Below, piece by piece: positions 1 through 13,106 of a DNA stretch of 64,000 bases (position 1 is the stretch's first letter; the number at the start of each line of letters is the position of its first letter). The stretch is from Octopus bimaculoides (Eukaryota): the NCBI RefSeq assembly GCF_001194135.2, contig NC_068983.1:93940951-94004950 (forward strand), in the 5' to 3' direction. The position numbers and the translations under genes are program-made. The notes below the pieces were generated by a model that saw only the letters and a program-made list of their open reading frames with translations, was not told where the DNA came from and made no database searches.

Positions 1-1355
1 AAAGGACAAATTCAAATTCGGCATTACAGTATCAGAAAACCTTTAAAAATGTTAGTAAAAATAAATATTAGCATGCCAAGTAAATTACAAAATACTTTCA
101 TTGTCAAATATTTTTGTTCCTTGAATAATTTCTTTATTGAATACACTTCAGTATAAAACATATTCTAAAGTGTTGATTGTTTTGTTTTTTTAACTTTCTA
201 ACTTCAAAAACGTTTGAAATTAAATTTAAAAATAATCTATATAAAGCACTGTAAATCAATGGATATTAAAAACAATAGTTTTATGCTATAAAAAGAAATG
301 AAGAATATTATTTTTAACCAATCAATGATATAAATAAGCAATTAAAGAACATATTATTCATGAAAAGCAATGAGAGTTCTTTTTTCAAATGCTCAACCAT
401 CTCCATGTTCATGTCTTTCATTGTGCAATCTCCTCACAGGTCCTTACACCCACATAATTCTTCTGATACACTATTTATCCACATCAATTTTTTATTGACA
501 TGAAAACAAAGTCTCAATACCTTGTGTGTGTGCATGAGGATTAGTAGAGTTTACAAAATTTCTTCTGAAGTTCACCATATTATATTAATATTAGTGTTCA
601 AATACATGTGATAATAGCTGTATATGTTTATATTTAAGGTAGGCAAATCGATTTTTTTTTTTAATTCAACTCTAGTAATAAAGAAGTATTAGCTAACATT
701 CATATCAGTGCTTCTTTTTTTATTAATTCTTAAAGAATATAAACATTTTTACATACCTTATTTATTTCTAAATGGTTCTTGAATTTTTTGAAAACTGGTG
801 ATGGCCAAAGTCAGAAAAAAGATCAATCAATAGAAAAGCCCTGCATAATGGATAAGTTCATAATGGATAAGTTCATAATGTTCCACCATTCTTGTTCTTC
901 ATATGAGAGTGAGGAAATGGGGATAAAAACTGATAGCTTAGTAAGAAGATGCTTGGCTTAGCAAAATGAGTTCTGAGAGGTTGAGAATCTAAGAATCCAT
1001 GGTGGAAAAAGAAAAGTGTCAAACAGCTAGACAAAAAGGTAGATAGATACAATACTTCAAATAACTAAATATAGAGATACAGTTACAATGATTGATTAAA
1101 GAAATGTAGTGCATGGAAGTTGAGAGGAAGTTGGATGGAAACAATTCCTTAAAGAATCACACATATACAGTTACAATAATAGATTGGTGTATTGTGATAA
1201 AGCTGATAAGAACAATACCTCAAAGAATCACATATAAAGATACAGTTATAACAGATTAAAGCATTATGGATCAGATGCAAAGTAGCAGAAGATAAGATGG
1301 AACATATGTATACCCTCATAATTACATGTATATATATATATGTATATATATATAC

Positions 1356-1394
<39 letters not shown>

Positions 1395-2481
1395 CATACA
1401 TTCACTCATACATACAGTTACATACAAACATTCATGTGCATTTCTTCACACTTTCACTTCAAAACAATACAGGACCAACTGAATTGTCAGTGAGCTAGCA
1501 GAATATATTAAGTAACACTACAAACAAGACATCATTTGAACATAGTTTGGTTCATAGCCTGCTTGTTAGAAGTGAAGTAACTTGTTTTAAAATTAGGAAA
1601 AAAGAAACATTGACATTAATAAGTAGAAAACTGTGAATTAACTAATGAAGTAAAACAAGGTGTTAGTTAACCCACATTATTGTTTTATTTTGTTTTTTCT
1701 TTTATAACTTGACAAAAAAGATCATATTTATGAAAATATGAACAACCAAAGCCAGGTTCATCTCAGCCCAGCCTGTACAATAATAATGTGATGTAGTTTT
1801 ACTAAGATGAAAATTATTTTATTATTGGGCAGAGGCTTCTTAGTTCAATGGTTTCTCTACCATTATAAGACAATAATCATTAGAGTTAACGTATGATAAT
1901 TGAAGACTATGTAAAACACTAGAAAAGTGCCTGTTTCATCATGTTGCTGTAAACCTATAAATTTGTTGATATTGATGCAAAAGGTCTTGTTTTGGCAAAG
2001 TTACAGCATGGTAAGAGATCATGGCTCATGTGCCTATAATTACATCTTTAATATATGCTTCTCCTACATTGCCCTACAATTAACTTCATGCCAAAATTTT
2101 ATATTTAAATATTTCACATATTAACTTATTCAAATACTAATAAAGCAATATGATTTTATGATAACAATAAATAATTAAATACAACTTGCAACTTCACTCT
2201 CTCTTCTCCCTAATGCATAGGTATGTACATGGCCACACCCAACCTGACCACACATTCATTACCTTACATCATTATTTGAGAGTCACTCATGGCCACTCTC
2301 ATCCCTCATCTCCACTGATCCAACCAAATACTGAGCTACTCTAATTGTATATTGTGATTTAATCTATATAATGTATTTTATCATGAGAACTGAATGAAAT
2401 ACACATACATAATAGTAATGATAATAATAATAAATAAACAAGTAAATGTTTATTGATAGAAACTTAAAAGATAATAATAAT

Positions 2482-2513
<32 letters not shown>

Positions 2514-2514
<1 letters not shown>

Positions 2515-2722
2515 TTTGTTACAAGGGCAGCCATTTTGGGGAGGGAATGAGTTGATTACATCAACCCCAGTGTTCAACTGGTACTTGTTTCATCAACCCT
2601 GAAAGAATGAAAGGCAAAGTCAACTTTGGTGTGAATTTGAACTCAGAACAGAGTGACAGGCAAAATACCACTAAGCATTTCTTCCAGTGTACTAACGATT
2701 CTGCCAGCTTGCTGCCTTAATA
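2514..2722 (-). mobile_element. tRNA-derived SINE, family B (central GTCAACTTTGCCTTTCATCC-type domain)
   Basis: Reverse complement reads AAGGCAGCAAGCTGGCAGAATCGTTAG...GAGTTCAAATTC...GTTGACTTTGCCTTTCATTC...GTACCAG. It aligns by eye with copies at 14490-15065 and 43549-43762, and there is an (AAT)n run at the 3' end. Confidence 0.8.
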
Positions 2723-3562
2723 ATGATTATAATAATAATAATAAGAAGAAGAAGAATGATAATCAACTTCATTAGCATTCACTGAATATACAAAAACAAA
2801 AACCTGGGAATTGAGAAGCAAGCATACATAATATCCACACATGTCCCCAACGATTTCAATCACTATGTCTGATTAATTAATCAAAAGAAACCCATTCAGC
2901 AGAGATAAATCATAATACAGCAAGACAGATCACATAATAGTTGCACACCTTTTCTCTAACTTTGGACTGTTAGAAAAATATTGATTTATAAGCAGAACTT
3001 AAACTTACTTCTTAAGAGTTTTAACTCCAGTACCTGACCACTGTGCCACAATCCTTCTTCGTATTTTCTTCCTTAGAAATATTTAAATGTATGGTAGATT
3101 ACTTTATGGTGTCTTAGAATTTCATTAATTTAGGAAGATAATTATTTAATCTCAAACCAAACCAGCTGGCTGGTATAAAGAGATAGCCATAAACATTTAT
3201 CAAGATATATTATCTAGTTAGGTTTTTCTGGATGTCCATGGATGATTGAATGAGGATTTTGTTTTATTCCTTTATTGCTATGGCTGTCTAAATGGCTGAT
3301 TTATCTCATAGTTCTGACGTTGTTGTTCTTATTTGCTATTTATTTTGTTGTTGTTGCAACTATTGATGCCCCCACATCATTTATATGACTCAGGTCTCTC
3401 TCTCTTTTTAAAATCAGGCAATCAATATCAATTTACTAGAATTTTGCAAAAGCAGACAAAGTGCTGGAACTTTCTTGCTTCTCTCTATAAATACCCACAC
3501 ACATACATACACATACGACTATTTTCATGGACAGATAAAGATACATACATACATATATATGC

Positions 3563-3598
<36 letters not shown>

Positions 3599-4459
3599 AC
3601 ACACACAAACATATATATATACATAATATACTGTAGTTATCTTGCCAACATTCAAACTTATAATGCACGAACTCACATACTCTCACATACACACATGCAT
3701 AAACTGATATTAAATCAACAAAGAGCTACATACTATTTACTACATAACATAAAGCACGTCTTTGGGGGTTATGTTTTTTTTTCTTAGTCAATCAACATTA
3801 GAATTTAGCTTTTTGTATGTGAATTTTTTCCAGCAGATGTTCTTAAACAATCATAAATCCTGAAATATTCCCTTCATCATTCAACACCATTGATTCAATA
3901 GCAGCCAGCTGAACTCTACACAACTACTTTGATTATCAATATACTCTGTTAGGAATTCTAGCTTTAATTTTTTATATATCATGCGATTACCTCCATGTAA
4001 GCTGTTTGAAATAACCAAGAGCACACATGCAAACTCATACACACACTTGCATACAGGCATGCACATGCTCGCACATATGCACCCACACACACACGTGCAC
4101 GCACACACACACACACACACACACTTTCATGCACACACACACATTGCTGTAACTCATCACAACTGTTATGTCATATGAAGGCTATAAATTGTAATAAGTG
4201 CAATGCTCAACTCTGAAGATAACTTAAAATGATTTTATTGGTTGTAATTTGTATGCTGCATTATATTGTTCAAGAGAGAAGGGAGCTGTATCAGCAACCT
4301 TGTGAGCATAACAGTTCTCACAGGAATTATGCTGTAGGGTTATTAGTAATAATCTACTTGACAGCAAGGAGGCAGTCGACTTTGTTATGGTAACAAATGT
4401 GTGACTAGTCCAGCTCTCTAGTACAGGTCTCTGACAATAGATAATTACTGCTGGATGAA

Positions 4460-5260
4460 GTCATTTTAAAACTGTTCTGACAACAGGTAGTTACAAATAG
4501 GTGATAGTCTGGTAAAACAACTTTAGAAACATATAGGTGGAAATCATGGAAACAGGCAGTTACCAAAAGGTGATGTCATGGTAAAACAGTTTAGGCAATA
4601 GATTGCTACAAATAGATAACACAATTGTAAAAAATGTTCTGACAATAGATTGTTACAAATAGGTAACATCATAGTAAGACTGTTCTGGCAATAGACTGTT
4701 ATAATAGATTACATCAAAGTAAAACTGTTCTGGCAATAGACTGTTATAATAGATTACATCATAGTAAAACTGTTCTGGCAATAAGATTGTTACAAATAGG
4801 TAACATCATTGTAAATCTGTTTTCTCAATGTGAGATCATAGTAAAATTGTTCCTACTATAGATAAAAATAGATAACATCATGATAAAATTAACCTTTAGC
4901 TAGAGCAATGGTGAAATTATTCTGGAAATAAAGAGTTACAATTAGGTAGTGTAAAGGCAACATTTCTTTAGTAATAATTGCTGAATGATTGATGTCATGG
5001 TGAACCTTTTCTAGCTACATTGCTACAAATAATTGATGTCATGAAAAAGCTAACTAATAGATAAAGTCGTGATAATACTGACTGATAATAAGTAGATATC
5101 ACCTGGTGATGCCACAACAAATCTGATCTTAAAATAGAAAGTTACCAGTTGATGAAATCCTTGTAAAACTGACTTGATACTATTAAATGAACTCACAGTC
5201 AAACTGATCCTTATTATAATAGTTACCAATTGGTAAAGTCATGGTAAAAACTGACCTAAC
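4460..5260. repeat. Degenerate minisatellite, ~38-40 bp unit (GTAAAACTGTTCTGGCAATAGATTGTTACAAATAGGTAACATCATA-like)
   Basis: Near-identical adjacent units at 4670-4800, more decayed units on both sides; related units recur at ~6150-6230. Confidence 0.8.
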
Positions 5261-5350
5261 TATAGACTCATTCATTTACCCCTTCATTCACTAAGGAACA
5301 CGTTTCTCTACTTGAAGGAACCTTTTTCTCAACCCTACACTATCTATATA

Positions 5351-5690
5351 AGTGCTTCTCAAACTATCTGATGTGGCGTACCAGCAGTTCTCTTTTTTCC
5401 AATGTGCCAGGAACTGGTAATATTTCTCAGTGATATTAATTTATACCAGAAACAATAAATATAAAGAATATGATAAAAGTTGACAATTTTTAAAATCTTA
5501 TATTTATTTTGTAAACAAATAATACAATATTACATAAGCTGATAAGTTATTTACTGCAGTGCATAAGGCAAAATTACTGAAATTATGCTATTGTTTCTTT
5601 TCTGGAAACTTGCCGTGTACTGGCAACTAATGGCTCACAGACTAGCACCAGTCTGCGGACCATCACTACATGATGCTAGCCTATATTTTG
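5351..5690. mobile_element. Decayed hAT-type MITE
   Basis: Left end AGTGCTTCTCAAACT resembles CAGTG(G/C)TTCTCAAAC hAT/Charlie termini; the right end (CAGTCTGCGGACC...) is degenerate. Confidence 0.45.
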
Positions 5691-5844
5691 AGGATTTACT
5701 CACCTGTTAGGCTTGCAGTTGGTAAGAGTAGCTTTTAAGCATCTAAATGGGGCTTGACTCAGAATGCAAAGAGCCAGATTAAATACCACAAGGAATCCAG
5801 ACAGGTATTGTTACAGTTCGACCAATCCATTGTCCCGAGATGAT

Positions 5845-5975
5845 ATTTTTATATCAACCCTGAAAGGATAAAAAACGAAGTTAACTTCAGTGAGATTTGA
5901 ACTCATAGTCCAGAGAATCACAACAAATACCATGAGGCATTTAATCTAAAACTCTAATGACTCTACCAATTTGCA
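5845..5975 (-). mobile_element. Partial SINE family B
   Basis: ATCAACCCTGAAAGGATAAAA...GATTTGAACTC matches the family B core at 2590-2645. Confidence 0.6.
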
Positions 5976-6679
5976 GTATGACTATAGACAGCTACAATAA
6001 ATTATAGAATTTGCTGGAATAGTTGAGGGCTTGCTTTGGCAACAGCCCAAGAGAGTTTATAGGTCTCAATAAGTTTAATTGTTATGAGGTAAAAAAGGTC
6101 TCACATTTTGAACATAGGTCTTCCATCAAAGGACCTGTGTCTAATATTTTGTACATAGTTACCACTGATTGAAATCACAGTAAAACTGATCTAATGGCAC
6201 TAGATTACAGTAAAACTAATCTTAACATACTGTATTCATCTCTAGCAATGTCAGTTTTAAATACATCTAAATTGCTACTATATGGCCTTAAGTAAGATAT
6301 TTAACATTACCTCCTTCAGATTTAGTATCCAGGACAAGCATAACACAACAATAGGCACTAAAGTAATTTGAAGTAGATTGGATTTAGACAGTATAAAAAT
6401 TGACAAAAGTCAAAACTGACAATAACATTAATAAGTATAGAAATGTGTTGAATTTTATTCCATAATTTATTACTCAATTATCTTACAAACATGTATGTTG
6501 GATATATAATACATTATATCTTTGATTTCATTCCACAGTTAAAGGTTATCTATGTAGACCATAGCAGAATAATATTATTGGCACTGCGTTTATAATTGTC
6601 TTCAGTTTCATTCCATAGTCAAAAGTATTACCATGTTACCATACATAGACCAGAGCATATTATAGATCATTGTTTCTCC

Positions 6680-6735
<56 letters not shown>

Positions 6736-7045
6736 GATAAAATGAAGAGTGCAATGTAACTGCAATAAATATTTTATTGGTTGAATGATATTTTGACAGC
6801 AAGCTTGTCTTTGTTGAATTCAAAATAAAAAATTATAAAAATTCAAAATCATAGAAATTCAAATCAAAAGTATGAACGAGAGTAACCAGTGTCCCCATGT
6901 TGATGGAATGACATCATCAGTTTTTAGGTTTCAATTTTATAACTGGCAAAATAAAAAAAAGACAGATAAAAATAGAGAGAAAAAAAGGAAAGTAAAAGCA
7001 AAGATAAAAGAATATTCAATCAAACAGTTTTGTATAAATTTAATG

Positions 7046-7780
7046 TTATTCGCCTGTCATTTTATTCATTCTTCCAGAGTGTGAAGTTAGTAACCTGGAA
7101 ACATATTTCTCCTCATGCATTTTGAATATTGAAAGTGAAGCAGATTCAGAATATTTTCTAAGAATATGCACTTCCAAGCCTTTTTCAAAATTGCAGCCGT
7201 TTGAAGCAAGATGTTCAGCAAGTTCTGTTGAACTACTGTTATTGTGCCAGATGTCATATCTGTGCCCATTAAATCTTTTGCTTAATTGTTCTGTTGTGCA
7301 ACCAACATAAATCAAGTTGTATTTCGTGCATTCTACCACATACACCAAATGGGAATCTTTACATATCCCACCTTCTGTATAAATCAGAACATTTTTGTTA
7401 TGATTCCTGATGGAATTCACTTGATTCATGTTGTTGCACAATGAATAGAGCTTGCCTCTCTTGCAGCTGTTTTTCAAGGGAGAGCATGCAGGTACTCCAA
7501 TGTTAGTTTTCTTGGAGTCAAGAATAAAGGTCAATAGTTCCCTTATATTTTTATTCCGTCTAAAGGCTACAATAGGCAGCAGAGGAAATATCTGTTTGAA
7601 ATGAGGATATTTTTCTGCAACATGCTGGTAACTTTCATGCAATACTTTTTGAAATGCCAGCGAAAGTTTGATACCAGTTAATCACTAAAGGAATTCTGTT
7701 ACATATTGTATTGTGTTTGCTAAAATTATGCGTGAAGGTTTGACTTTCTTTGCTAATCTGAGGTATCCCATTTGCTATTT
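7046..7780 (-). mobile_element. Penelope-like retroelement, C-terminal linker plus GIY-YIG endonuclease (decayed)
   Basis: The 198-aa ORF 7046-7642 has LPIVAFRRNKNIRELL, LVYVVECTKYNLIYVGCTTEQLSKRFNGH and ELAEH, the PLE GIY-YIG signature. Upstream RIPLVINWY in another frame matches the PLE thumb/linker. Several conserved Cys are substituted. Confidence 0.85.
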
Positions 7781-8099
7781 CCTTTCATCGTGATTCACTG
7801 TAACTGTGTTTGACATAATGGTGTACAAAAGCATTTGCATGTTTCCAGTTTCCCCCATGTCAGTACAAATCCATTTTATCCTCAAAAATTGGGATTTCAG
7901 GCAGTGGTGGTGGTGGTGGCGGTGGTGGTGGTAAGAGCAATTGGTGGCAGAATCAGTGTAGCATCGTTGTGATATTTCATGTCTCATTATATCTTAAGTT
8001 CAAATCTTGCCAGAGTCAGCCTTTCTTTTCACCTTTCCATGGTGAACAACTTAAGTACGAATCATGTTCTGGGTAATGATCTTATCAACTGTTCCCTCC

Positions 8100-8200
8100 C
8101 ACCAAATTTGTATCCTTGTGTCTATGTAAGGAACTATGAAACTATGGATATGGTTATGTTTATTAACAAATGTATCACTATTGTTTATTATTCATCTCAC
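8100..8200 (-). mobile_element. Possible Penelope RT motif 6-7 remnant
   Basis: Minus-strand translation DTFVNKHNHIHSFIVPYIDTRIQI resembles PLE 'F..LN..HP.IKF...(L/I)PFLD..I'; same strand as, and upstream of, the GIY-YIG ORF. Confidence 0.4.
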
Positions 8201-9261
8201 CATTTATTCTATGTAAATCCTCTATAGTCTCCTGTTTGCTATTTGTTTTTTGGCTTTTTTTTACCATTGTACTGTCCCCACAGTTTTAGGTCCTTGTAGC
8301 CAATAAAAGAATCATCACCATCACCATCATCATTGCTGCTGTAGTAGTCCTCATAGTGACTGGAGTGGTGATAATATAGAATGTATGAAAATCTATATAT
8401 TCTCACCATTATGATTGATGTTACTGTTATTATTATCCAGATTATTATCACTATTATTGTTATTATTATTATTAAAGATATAAGCCACACTAAATCAATA
8501 TCTTATTCCCTTCATGATATTTATTGTTGATACTGTATTTGTTTGCTTTATCTAATTAAATATGATTTACTTTGATCTATTTCTCTTGTATCATTCCATA
8601 ATTATTTCTAGAAACTTCTGTCCATTATGATATGCTTTTTTGTTGTTTTGTATTTTTCTGTTTATTGGTTCCATAGTTAACCTATCATTAGATTATTTTC
8701 TACTAAATGTATAAATACTCATTTAATATAGATGAGGTCAGTTATTAGTGATTGCTCTGCTTCATTTTCTCTGTTCCATCTCTTTTTATTTTCCATTGTT
8801 TTTTTCGAATATCTTTTCACTCTCATTCTTTCTCCATTTTTTCCCTCTCTCCCTCTCTCACCCCACCTCTCTCTCTCTCTCCATATTTTTGTCCCCCTTT
8901 ACCTTCAATCAAAATATGGTTTGTCTCATCCTTGTTTACCCTCCATAAGAGGGTACATTTCCAATCTCAGTTTCAGATTCCTCACCACATTTTTCACACC
9001 TTTCTCAGTCCAGTTGGCTTACAAATTCAGTGTAGAGATTTCCAGAACACCATCTCTAACACATCCGGTTAATCATGTCCATATTTTGCCAAGTGTTGCG
9101 AGAAAAGATGAAATGTCAAAGTAGACTGGGATATTGAACTGGGGGATCATGGTCTGTGGTTTCTTTTTTCTTGTTGCATCTCTCAAGAACTGGCAAATAT
9201 TGGTGAAATTTTTTTGATGACACCACTCTTTCTTTGTTAATGCAAAAGCAAAAGAGATTTC

Positions 9262-9690
9262 ATCATCATCATCATCATTATCATTTAACATCTGTTTTCC
9301 ATGCTGTCATGGGTTGAACAGTTTGACAGGAGCAGGCTAGTTGAAGTGCTGCCCAGGTTCCATGTTTGTTTTGACATGGTTTCTACAACTGGAAACCCTT
9401 CCTAATGCCAACCACTTTATAGCATGTCCTGGATGTTTTTACACAACACTGGCATGGGCGCCTTTACGTGGCATTGGCATGGGTGCTTTTTATGTGACAC
9501 CAGCTCCCACAAGCCTGTAAGATAAGGACTGCTCAGCTAAAGAGGGATGTAGGAGACATGCCTGTATGCAAGGACAACCATGATTTTACTTAGCTTGACA
9601 TGTCCTTTCAAGCACAGCAAACTGCCAGAAGTCTTGGTCTTTTGTCATCTCCTTTGTGAGGCCCAATGCCTGAAGATCTTAATCCTTTTT
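9262..9690 (-). mobile_element. RTE-type 3' tail repeat (family E, (GAT)n tail)
   Basis: (CAT)n followed by TTTAACATCTGTTTTCCATGCTG...TTTCTACAACTGG...CCTTCCTAATGCCAACC; the same sequence forms the 3' end of the RTE copy at 58210-58520. Confidence 0.8.
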
Positions 9691-11329
9691 TTCTTCACCA
9701 TGGTGTTAGACAAGTTTGCAAAGTTGGAAACCATCTGAACAGGGCAGTTTGTCCCTTTTTGTAGTCCTTACGAACCAACCTCCTGTTCCCCACAATTAGC
9801 ACTACCATGAGAAATACTGTCTTAGACAACAATAAAGGGCAAATCCTCAAGCACTTGTTTTTGCTGTTTAGGCCTAGCTCAGCATGTTCCAACTATGATG
9901 TTTCCTTTCTAAATATGTATGTATGTATGTATGTATGTATGTGTGTGTATGTGTGTGTATGTATGTATGTATGTATGTATGTATGTGTGTATGTGTGTGT
10001 ATGTATGTATGTATGTATGTATGAATGTCCTGGGTATGACATTAAACTGTATCTGATGGAGAGGCTTCAGTTCGGAAGTTCTGGAGTTGTGGGGAGCATG
10101 GAGTCACACTTTAATTATCATTACTCCTAGGTCTGTTCTGACCTAGAACAGTAGTCAAAGTTCCATCTAAGGGTTAAATAAATTTTCCAGAGGTAGAGGA
10201 AATCCCTATTATCTTTGACAAAGCTGTAAGGAAGGCAGCTCTTCTAGGAAAAAGATACTCTGACTTAAAACTTGCAATCAAAATAGTAGTACTAGTCATC
10301 TTGCAATGCTTGACACTAGAACCTACTATGGTAGTCAAGAGAGTGGTAAAGGTGCTGTACAAGCTTTTGTTACTTATATGTAATAATGTACAGATGACTC
10401 ACTATCATTTCATTTCTTGGTGATGGATTGAATGCATGGCAACATATAAAGTCATATCTGCTTACATGCAAGGATGAAAGTAGATCAAGGCAATCAGGCT
10501 GAATGTGAGACAGCTATCATCTGACAATATGAAGTAATCATCATGTGTATGTGTGTGTGTGTGTGTGTACCTGCATGCACGTGCATGCATATGTGTGTGT
10601 ATTTATCAGGAACTACATTGCCCAATGCATTTAAAGCAGTAGGGTGTGATGTGAGGGAAACTTTTGGTTGCTGCTTCTAGCAAATCATGCAACTGCATAA
10701 AAGCTTCTTCATTGACTCAAGACAGTACAGAAAAATCATCCAATATGTTGACACCTGTTTTTTTGTTTTTTTTTTGTTTTTTTACCTGTTTGGTCTTGAG
10801 GAAGGAGCAGTTCTCCTGACCACTGAAGGCCCCTCCTGAACCACTGAGAATGAATTTATTAACATTTCACCTACATCTTTGCAAATCAACACTTGCAAGA
10901 AGTAAGATATAAAGTAAGAACTGAACAGGAAGAAAATTCCAAATAGCTGATGTTTACATCTTTCCATGATTTTGTTGGTGTACTATGTTTATAACCAAGA
11001 CATTTTACTATTCAATGGCTTGATCCACTTTGTTGAAAATATGTAGAATAAGATATGATCAATTTACCAGTGCAAGCACGAGTAGCTGCACTGTAAAATT
11101 TCATTAGCTTACAGAGCTGAGTTCAACTTTTCCAATGGTAGTGTAGCTTAGAGGGACAAAAACAATCACTGTGAGTTTTCCTTAAATATATATGTTATGA
11201 AAACATACATATATACACACATTCACACACATGTATATGCTATTCCACACATCACATTTGCACATACACTACAAAAGCAATCTTACCCTTGTATCTCAAC
11301 ACCTCCTTTGATACATGCCACCCCAGTCC

Positions 11330-11490
11330 ACTCAATTGTAAATGAGTAATCTTGTGATGGATTGACTTCCTGTTCAGGAGGAATGTTGGCCTGCCCACCT
11401 GGTCAGCAGGATGTCATCATTTGAAAGCTACAACAATTTTGAGAAGCACTGTGTGATCAATGGTGCATAACAACATCCAATAGTCTGGTT
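11330..11490 (+). mobile_element. Partial SINE family F body
   Basis: GAGGAATGTTGGCCTGCCCACCTGGTCAGC...CATTTGAAAG matches 17185-17240. Confidence 0.55.
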
Positions 11491-11504
11491 ATTATATTAA
11501 TTAT

Positions 11505-11705
11505 TTTATTCTTCTACTTGTTTCAGTCATTCGACTGTGGCCATGCAGGAGTACCACCTTGAAGAGTTTTAACCAAACGAATAACCTTAGAGTTTATTTA
11601 TTAAGCCTAGCATCTATTCTATCGGTCTCTTTTGTGAATTACTATGTTACGGGGATGTAAACATACCAACACTGGTTTTCAGATGGTGATGGAGGGGGAC
11701 AAACG
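11505..11705 (-). mobile_element. SINE family A, 3' body
   Basis: TACTTGTTTCAGTCATTCGACTGTGGCCATGC...GGGGATGTAAACATACCAACAC is the reverse complement of the body at 14720-14880. Confidence 0.8.
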
Positions 11706-11895
11706 CGCACACACACACACACACACACATACATACATACATATATATATTGAAAGAAAGAAAATGGATGTATGAATAATTTATTTGTATGTTATAAAGA
11801 TGTTGAAATTTTTTTAAAACATAACAATACAAATAAATTATAAGTTTTAAAACTAAAAAAAATGGGAGATGTAAAAAACCTACATATATGTTTTA

Positions 11896-12059
11896 GTCAA
11901 AACAGGAAGTGTGTGTAAGGGGAGACAACCATTTCTTAACACACATACCCCTCAGTGACCTTATTTCTCTAGGAACAGACATAAACTTCCTGTTGAAAAA
12001 GAGTTCATAACTCCAACTAAAAAGATTTGTCTCCCCTTACACACACTTCCTGTTTTGAC
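11896..12059. repeat. Perfect 33-bp inverted repeat with 98-bp spacer (MITE-like)
   Basis: GTCAAAACAGGAAGTGTGTGTAAGGGGAGACAA (11896-11928) is the exact reverse complement of TTGTCTCCCCTTACACACACTTCCTGTTTTGAC (12027-12059). Confidence 0.9.
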
Positions 12060-12378
12060 ACCACACTTCCTGCTTAACACATTAACCTTTAGCCCCTTTT
12101 CTCTTTTTCTAAACCTTACACAACTTTCAATTTTCATGCATCCTTATTTATCCAACCATTAGCTACATGGATTACCATTGAACTTTAAAAGCTCAAAGAC
12201 AATATAATGTATTGATATATTTATTTTTTTATATATTATTTTTTTTCATTTTTTACTTTTTTGTAAAAAACATTTTCATTCTCCCTCTTCTTGAAAATTT
12301 GCCATGCAATGAAAGCCGGTTAGAAATCTATATTAAAATATGCTTTCAGTTTAGCATTCTGCCTTATTATTATTTTTC

Positions 12379-12774
12379 NNNNNNNNNNNNNNNNNNNNNN
12401 NNNNNNNNNNNNNNNNNNNNNNNNNNNNNNNNNNNNNNNNNNNNNNNNNNNNNNNNNNNNNNNNNNNNNNNNNNNNNNNNNNNNNNNNNNNNNNNNNNNN
12501 NNNNNNNNNNNNNNNNNNNNNNNNNNNNNNNNNNNNNNNNNNNNNNNNNNNNNNNNNNNNNNNNNNNNNNNNNNNNNNNNNNNNNNNNNNNNNNNNNNNN
12601 NNNNNNNNNNNNNNNNNNNNNNNNNNNNNNNNNNNNNNNNNNNNNNNNNNNNNNNNNNNNNNNNNNNNNNNNNNNNNNNNNNNNNNNNNNNNNNNNNNNN
12701 NNNNNNNNNNNNNNNNNNNNNNNNNNNNNNNNNNNNNNNNNNNNNNNNNNNNNNNNNNNNNNNNNNNNNNNNNN
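12379..12774. other. Assembly gap (N run); other gaps at 14685-14694, 46023-46498, 49847-50150, 60280-60289
   Basis: Runs of N, mostly abutting (TA)n/(TG)n microsatellites. Confidence 1.
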
Positions 12775-12812
<38 letters not shown>

Positions 12813-12814
12813 GA

Positions 12815-12970
12815 ACTTCTTTCAGTTTCCATCTACCAAATCCACTCACAATGCTTTGGTTGGCCTGAGGTTATAGTAGAATATACTTGCCCAAGGTACC
12901 ATGCAGTAGGACTGAACCCAGAACCATGTGGTTGGGAAGCAAGCTTCTTACCACACAGCTATGCCTGCAC
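12815..12970 (-). mobile_element. SINE family A, tRNA-like head
   Basis: Reverse complement: GCTGTGTGGTAAGAAGCTTGCTTCCCAACCACATGGTTCTGGGTTCAGTCC...TTGGGCAAGT...GTGAGTGGATTTGGTAGATGGAAACTGAAAGAAG. Confidence 0.85.
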
Positions 12971-13010
12971 CTTGTATATATATATGTGTGGTGCGTGTAC
13001 ATATATATTC

Positions 13011-13106
13011 ACTCCCACACCCACGCAAGCGCATAATACCTGAACACAGACAACATATACTCCCACACCCACTCAAGCATATAATACCTGAATGCAGACA
13101 ATATAT
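13011..13106. repeat. 48-bp tandem duplication (2 copies)
   Basis: ACTCCCACACCCACGCAAGCGCATAATACCTGAACACAGACAACATAT is repeated at 13011 and 13059 with a few substitutions. Confidence 0.85.

Noticed and set aside
844-880. 15-bp tandem repeat inside the 60-aa ORF 779-961
   Set aside because: Simple slippage duplication; the ORF has no protein-like features.
1920-2015. Strong donor-like CATG|GTAAGA near 2010
   Set aside because: No polypyrimidine acceptor upstream; isolated donor motifs are common by chance.
4380-4400. GTTATGGTAAC as an RFX X-box
   Set aside because: Only one good half-site, and no evidence of a promoter here.
4460-5260. CRISPR-like array
   Set aside because: The context is eukaryotic and the units are tandem without unique spacers.
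8732-9124. 130-aa hydrophobic ORF
   Set aside because: CT-rich low-complexity sequence; all three frames are open for compositional reasons.
10185-10430. Plus-strand open frame FPEVEEIPIIFDKA...
   Set aside because: No start codon, no recognisable motif, and only a weak 35-bp exon candidate.
11065-11100. Small hairpin CAGTGCA...TGCACTG as a miRNA precursor
   Set aside because: The stem is too short; expected by chance.
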